A stretch of 51,200 bases of DNA from the NCBI GenBank assembly GCA_002336735.1, contig DDER01000011.1, positions 186 through 51,385 of the forward strand, written 5' to 3'. Source of the stretch: Candidatus Saccharibacteria bacterium UBA1949 (GTDB lineage Bacteria > Patescibacteriota > Saccharimonadia > Saccharimonadales > Saccharimonadaceae). The translations under genes were made by a program, and so were the position numbers. Below the pieces are notes generated by a model. It worked only from the letters and a program-made list of their open reading frames with translations. It searched no databases and was not told the DNA's origin. Each line of letters begins with the position of its first letter. Positions within the stretch are counted from its first letter, which is position 1. This document shows positions 46,825 to 51,200 of this stretch, piece after piece.

Positions 46825-47302
46825 TAAGCGCATACAGTGCGATACCGGTCGCGACGGAGACATTGAATGATTCTTTGTGGCCATGCATGGGGATCTCGAC
46901 AATGGTGCCACATGCCTCTAAAAGTTCGGGTGTGATACCCTGGACTTCTTCGCCGAGCAGCAATGCGATTTTGTCTGACGGCGCGTAGTCACGCAGGTTG
47001 ATTGACCGCTCATGCTGCTCGAGCGCTACTATCTCATAACCCGCTAGATCTGGTGTGCCCAATACTAGCGTCTCATGATATTCATAGGGCACCATAGTCT
47101 CGGCACCGAGGGCGGTTTTGTGGATCTGTGCAGTGATCTTATCACGAATATGGGGCAGACGCGTGTCGCTAGGCAGAGCAGGATATGGTGTATAGCCGCT
47201 GAGGATGAGTTTGGCCACTCCGAATCCTTCACAGGTACGAAAAATACTGCCGACATTGTGCGTTGAACGAATGTTGTGGGCGATGACGATGATATCGCGC
47301 AT
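46817..47302 (-). CDS. SpoU/TrmH-family RNA methyltransferase
   Basis: NIRS..NVGSIFRT, G.E..G and IPM.G..ESFNVSVA motifs. Confidence 0.92.
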   Translation of the reverse strand: MRDIIVIAHNIRSTHNVGSIFRTCEGFGVAKLILSGYTPYPALPSDTRLPHIRDKITAQIHKTALGAETMVPYEYHETLVLGTPDLAGYEIVALEQHERSINLRDYAPSDKIALLLGEEVQGITPELLEACGTIVEIPMHGHKESFNVSVATGIALYALTI

Positions 47303-47325
47303 AAAATGTATTGTATCAGGCTTTA

Positions 47326-47444
47326 GTAGTCGGTGCGAGTATGTATCATCCCTCTGTTTTCTCCCCTACGCGCCTAGAGACAAGTCTCTAGGGCTGCAGT
47401 CGCTTTACGAAAACTACGGGACAATACATACTCGCCCCGACTAC
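47326..47444. repeat. 119-bp MITE-like element with 27-bp imperfect terminal inverted repeats and a central palindrome
   Basis: GTAGTCGGTGCGAGTATGTATCATCCC (47326-47352) matches the reverse complement of 47418-47444 at 24/27 positions. Central CCTAGAGAC-AA-GTCTCTAGG. Confidence 0.8.
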
Positions 47445-47476
47445 CCTAACCACAACCGATTTGATACACTATGAGT

Positions 47477-49099
47477 ATGGATGAAGACACAATACAGGAT
47501 CGGCGGCGCGAGCACGAAGAAGAGACCGTCAAACAACGCGCGGCGATTCTGGGGTTTCCCTACCTAGACATGCGGCAGCTTGAGGCCACGACACCTCTTA
47601 TTGCTACGCTCATGTCGATCGACGAGATGTATCGTGCACACATTGTGCCATTGTACGAGGGGGGCGGCGAGAAGCCATTTGAATTTGGCGCTACGCCCCT
47701 GACACCACAGTCACTCATTCAGGCCATGCGACAGGACTATACTGAGCGCGGGCATTTGATCAAGTTTTTTCTGATTAGTGAAAGTGCGTACAAGGCCATG
47801 ATGCTTCGATTTGATCCGCCCAAGAGAATAGTGCATGATGATATCGAAATTGCACGTGAAGGCGATAGCGAGACAATCGCCGCAGTCAGCCAAACACTCG
47901 AAAAAGTTAGCAGCGAAGAAGTGTTTGATTTTTTGATTGACCAAGCCGATAAATTGGGTGCGAGTGATATCCACCTCGAAAATGAGCGCGACAACATACG
48001 GATTCGTATGCGCATCGACGGTGCGCTACACCCTGTGGCTCATTTGTCACGAGATCGATATCGAGTCATCATGGGCGAACTCGGTAGTCGCGCTAATATA
48101 TCTGCGGCAGCTCAGGAATCCCAATCTGGTCATATGCAAAAAGACATCACACGAGACAACTCGACGCACTTGCTTAATATTCGTGTCGAGACAGTGCCGA
48201 CGATGTATGGCCAAGATGCCGTGCTGCGTTTGTTTAATTTTGACGAGTCGATGCTCAATCTCGACTTGCTTGGGATTCCGGATGAGCAGCGCAAGCAAAT
48301 CGACGAGATCATTCATCATCCGCGTGGCTTGGTGCTGATGGTCGGCCCGACTGGTTCGGGCAAATCGACGACGCTGTATAGTATCCTCAATGCGCTCAAT
48401 ACGCTCGACCGCAAACTGATTACACTCGAAGACCCGATCGAATACGGCATCAGCGGCATCGCCCAGATTCCGATCAATTCGACGGCGGGTCAGACATTTG
48501 GCGATGGACTGCGGAGTGTGTTGCGTCTGGATCCCGATGTTGTCATGGTCGGTGAGATTCGCGATCAAGATACTGCCAAAACAGCTATCCAAGCGTCGAT
48601 CACTGGACACCTGGTGTTGTCGAGTTTTCATGCCAATTCTACTAGCGCGGCTTTTAGCCGTATGATCGACCTGATCGGTGTCAACCCGATATTTAGCACA
48701 GCGATCCGCCTGCTGATTGCGCAGCGACTGGTGCGTCGACTATGGGACGATAGTAAAGAGCCTTACGACCCGGACGAAGCGACCAAATCATATGTGCGCT
48801 CTGTACTTCAGAATTTGCCCGAGCATATTGAGCGACCAAACCTTGATACATTCAAGCTTTACCGACCCGTACCGACCGACGACGTGCCGTTTGGCTACAA
48901 GGGTCGCATCGTGTTGATGGAGATGATGGTCATCAACGATGCTATATCAGAGTTTTTGCGCGGCGGAGTGGCTGATGCGCAGACTGACAAAATCGAATCG
49001 ACTGCTCGTGCTAGCGGTATGCTGACGCTTGAACAAGTTGGCGTCCTCGCGGCCCTACGCGGCGAGACGACGCTCGAAGAAATAGCCAGAGTGATATAG
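47477..49099 (+). CDS. GspE/PilB-family secretion/type IV pilus ATPase
   Basis: ASDIHLE, RIDG.L, GPTGSGKST, LEDPIE, LR.DPDV.MVGEIRD and GYKGR motifs. Start is 47471 or 47477. Confidence 0.93.
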   Translation: MDEDTIQDRRREHEEETVKQRAAILGFPYLDMRQLEATTPLIATLMSIDEMYRAHIVPLYEGGGEKPFEFGATPLTPQSLIQAMRQDYTERGHLIKFFLISESAYKAMMLRFDPPKRIVHDDIEIAREGDSETIAAVSQTLEKVSSEEVFDFLIDQADKLGASDIHLENERDNIRIRMRIDGALHPVAHLSRDRYRVIMGELGSRANISAAAQESQSGHMQKDITRDNSTHLLNIRVETVPTMYGQDAVLRLFNFDESMLNLDLLGIPDEQRKQIDEIIHHPRGLVLMVGPTGSGKSTTLYSILNALNTLDRKLITLEDPIEYGISGIAQIPINSTAGQTFGDGLRSVLRLDPDVVMVGEIRDQDTAKTAIQASITGHLVLSSFHANSTSAAFSRMIDLIGVNPIFSTAIRLLIAQRLVRRLWDDSKEPYDPDEATKSYVRSVLQNLPEHIERPNLDTFKLYRPVPTDDVPFGYKGRIVLMEMMVINDAISEFLRGGVADAQTDKIESTARASGMLTLEQVGVLAALRGETTLEEIARVI

Positions 49100-49108
49100 G
49101 ATAACACG

Positions 49109-49342
49109 ATGCCAGGTGAACTAATGCCCCATACGTCGCAGCCAGAACGTCCGGCCACAGAAGAGCCACAGATACATGACGCCGAAGTACTCGATCCTCA
49201 TGATCCTGCGCTCGCCACACCGCTTGATCGTACCCTCAAGCCACTAGTTGATACTGCAAAAGTGCGAGGCGTGTATAGTGTAGCCGAATATCAGATCCCT
49301 AAGTCGGGCAAACACGGCAAGCATATTGATACGCAGCTCTAG
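49109..49342 (+). CDS. hypothetical protein
   Basis: 77-aa ORF 9 bp after the ATPase; no motif. Confidence 0.45.
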   Translation: MPGELMPHTSQPERPATEEPQIHDAEVLDPHDPALATPLDRTLKPLVDTAKVRGVYSVAEYQIPKSGKHGKHIDTQL

Positions 49343-49471
49343 CAACTGGTTCACAGATGACGACTATTGACTAAATAGACTTAGTATAATATCGTAAACA
49401 TTGATAGCCGTACCGTGCGGCTAGTTCGGTCTAGGGAGACCGCGAACCTTTTATGAGAGTGAGGCAGAGCT

Positions 49472-49798
49472 ATGATTATTATCACTAATAAAGAGATTCA
49501 GCGTGCTCGTGAAGAAGACGTGCAAGTTGCTTTTGACAGTAACTGCAAGGCAAAGCCCGATGACAAGACTATAGTCATCAGTCAAGAGCACTTGCTTATT
49601 CGAGGTGATTTTGGCGATAAGTTAAGCTATGAAGTCTTCGTGACCTATGCCTGCTACGTTGGTACATCGTGCATCGGCACGGAGATGGTGAAGATCCAGA
49701 CCGTTCCCGGTTTCTTTGGTATCAAGCCGCGACCGACATGGTTTGGCCAGTTCCGTCGACGGCGTGCGTTCAGGCGTGCGCTCAAAGCCCTGAGCTAA
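49472..49798 (+). CDS. orphan hypothetical protein with Arg-rich C-terminus
   Basis: Upstream TATAAT, structured leader and GAGG SD; long downstream terminator. Confidence 0.65.
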   Translation: MIIITNKEIQRAREEDVQVAFDSNCKAKPDDKTIVISQEHLLIRGDFGDKLSYEVFVTYACYVGTSCIGTEMVKIQTVPGFFGIKPRPTWFGQFRRRRAFRRALKALS

Positions 49799-49815
49799 CC
49801 CTCCTCCTTTGTTTG

Positions 49816-49868
49816 ACCTGCGCATATTGAGGCGAAGTACTTCGATATGCGCGGGTGCTTATTTTTTT
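49816..49868 (+). terminator. long intrinsic terminator between convergent genes
   Basis: 17-bp stem ACCTGCGCATATTGAGG / CTTCGATATGCGCGGGT (G-U pairs valid on the + strand) followed by a T run. Confidence 0.75.
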
Positions 49869-51000
49869 ATATGATGGTTTCAGCAATGGTAGCGACGAGC
49901 CGTTTGTCGAAAACACTGGGGATGATCTCGTCGTTCGTGGGGTTTTCGACTAATGAGGCGATGGCACGAGCGGCGGCAAGTTTGTGCTGGTCGGTGATTT
50001 TTGTCACACCGTGATCGAGCGCGCCGCGGAAGATGCCAGGGAATGCGATGGCGTTATTGACTTGGTTCGGGAAATCGCTGCGGCCGGTAGCGATGACGGC
50101 CACGCCAGATGATTTGGCAATGTCAGGCATGATCTCGGGCACCGGATTGGCTAGTGCAAACACGATCGGGTCTTGAGCCATCTGAGTGATTAGCTCAGGT
50201 GTCAGTAGACCAGGTTTGCTGACACCGATAAATATATCTGCACCTAGAATCGCATCTGCCAGCGTGCCGCTCATCGAGCAGTTGAGGTAGGGTTTGAGCG
50301 CGAGCTTTTCGTCGTTGAGATCAGTGCGGCTATCGCCGATGATGCCTTTGCTATCGACAGCGATAATATCCCTGAGTCCGTACAGATGGAGTAATTTAAC
50401 GATGGCAGTACCAGCGGCGCCCGCGCCAATTATGACAACTTTGGCCGTAGAGAGATCGCGCTTGGTCACTGTGGCGGCATTGATGAGTCCAGCCAGCGTG
50501 ACGATGGCAGTGCCGTGTTGGTCGTCGTGAAACACTGGTATATCGAGCTCTGTCTTGAGACGCTCTTCGACTTCAAAACATTTTGGTGCGGCGATATCCT
50601 CGAGGTTGATTGCGCCAAAACTCGGAGCAATGGCTTTGATAGTAGTCACAATTTCGTCGGCGGTATGTACATCGAGCACTATTGGTATGCTATCAATATC
50701 GGCAAAATGCTTGAACAATAGCGACTTGCCCTCCATAACTGGCATGGCAGCTCTCGGGCCGAGGTCGCCGAGGCCAAGGATAGCCGAACCGTCACTGATG
50801 ACAGCGACGAGGTTGTTAGTCCACGTGTATTTCGGGAGCGCCCTGGGATCGGCAGCGATTGCTCGGCTGATTTCACCGACACCTGGGCTATAGTAGGCGC
50901 TGAGTTTTTCTCGGTCGAGTTCTGTATTGTCGCGTAGTTTGATCGTGATTTTGCCGCGGTATTTAGCATGTAGCTCGAGGGCAAGTTTGTTGTAGTCCAT
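49867..51000 (-). CDS. NAD(P)-dependent malic enzyme (small, ~380 aa type)
   Basis: YSPGV, SDGSAILGLG, MEGK, INLEDI.AP, HDDQHGTA, GAGAAG and TGRSDFPNQVNN motifs. TATACT 6 nt before ATG 51000. Confidence 0.95.
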   Translation of the reverse strand: MDYNKLALELHAKYRGKITIKLRDNTELDREKLSAYYSPGVGEISRAIAADPRALPKYTWTNNLVAVISDGSAILGLGDLGPRAAMPVMEGKSLLFKHFADIDSIPIVLDVHTADEIVTTIKAIAPSFGAINLEDIAAPKCFEVEERLKTELDIPVFHDDQHGTAIVTLAGLINAATVTKRDLSTAKVVIIGAGAAGTAIVKLLHLYGLRDIIAVDSKGIIGDSRTDLNDEKLALKPYLNCSMSGTLADAILGADIFIGVSKPGLLTPELITQMAQDPIVFALANPVPEIMPDIAKSSGVAVIATGRSDFPNQVNNAIAFPGIFRGALDHGVTKITDQHKLAAARAIASLVENPTNDEIIPSVFDKRLVATIAETII

Positions 51001-51200
51001 AATTCTAGTATACACCCCCAGCGCTCCATAAGTATCTCCAAAGGAACCGCAGACAATAAGCAAGCGTCAGCGCGGCCTTTAGGGATGGGGAGCTCTTTGG
51101 ACGAATGTACTTCGGCTAAAGAGTGGGGCGGCTAAAACCGCCCCTCGTTCATCTACGAGAGTTCGCAAAAAACCGGGTTCATTAAACTAAAACAGAACAC

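Noticed and set aside
1-51200. Alternative genetic code (TGA=Gly, code 25)
   Set aside because: Conserved genes such as pheS, fba, gatB and zwf end properly at TGA, and long ORFs are intact under code 11.
1-51200. Numerous 60-190 aa antisense or out-of-frame ORFs inside housekeeping genes
   Set aside because: These are shadow ORFs of well-supported genes with no independent signals.

Overview
A 51.2-kb chromosomal window from a small-genome bacterium using genetic code 11 (TGA acts as stop). Gene content and compact order (gatC-gatA-hyp-gatB-galU, DUF5665-like-dnaE, rpiB-rpe-split tkt-fba-pfkB, PilB/GspE ATPase) suggest Candidatus Saccharibacteria (TM7, Patescibacteria/CPR); this placement is an inference. 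Most of the window is housekeeping: class III RNR operon with NrdR boxes, rmuC, aquaporin, pheS/pheT, ABC exporter, FKBP, trxB, PLD, ppa, Rel, uvrB, GH13, gatCAB, galU, zwf, dnaE, TrmH family, malic enzyme. The most notable non-coding signals are: (1) an orphan PemK/MazF-like toxin, inside an accessory block splitting pheS from pheT, faced by a convergent, independently promoted ~55-nt structured RNA that is a candidate RNA antitoxin; (2) two tandem, promoter-bearing tRNA-Gln-like loci at the left edge, interrupted by related ~100-nt structured inserts that start with an AGU-loop hairpin; (3) a 119-bp MITE-like inverted repeat between trmH and pilB; (4) pervasive leaderless gene architecture, with a -10 box 6-11 nt before the ATG. 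No CRISPR array, transposase or integrase was seen. All protein calls come from motifs read by eye, not from database searches.
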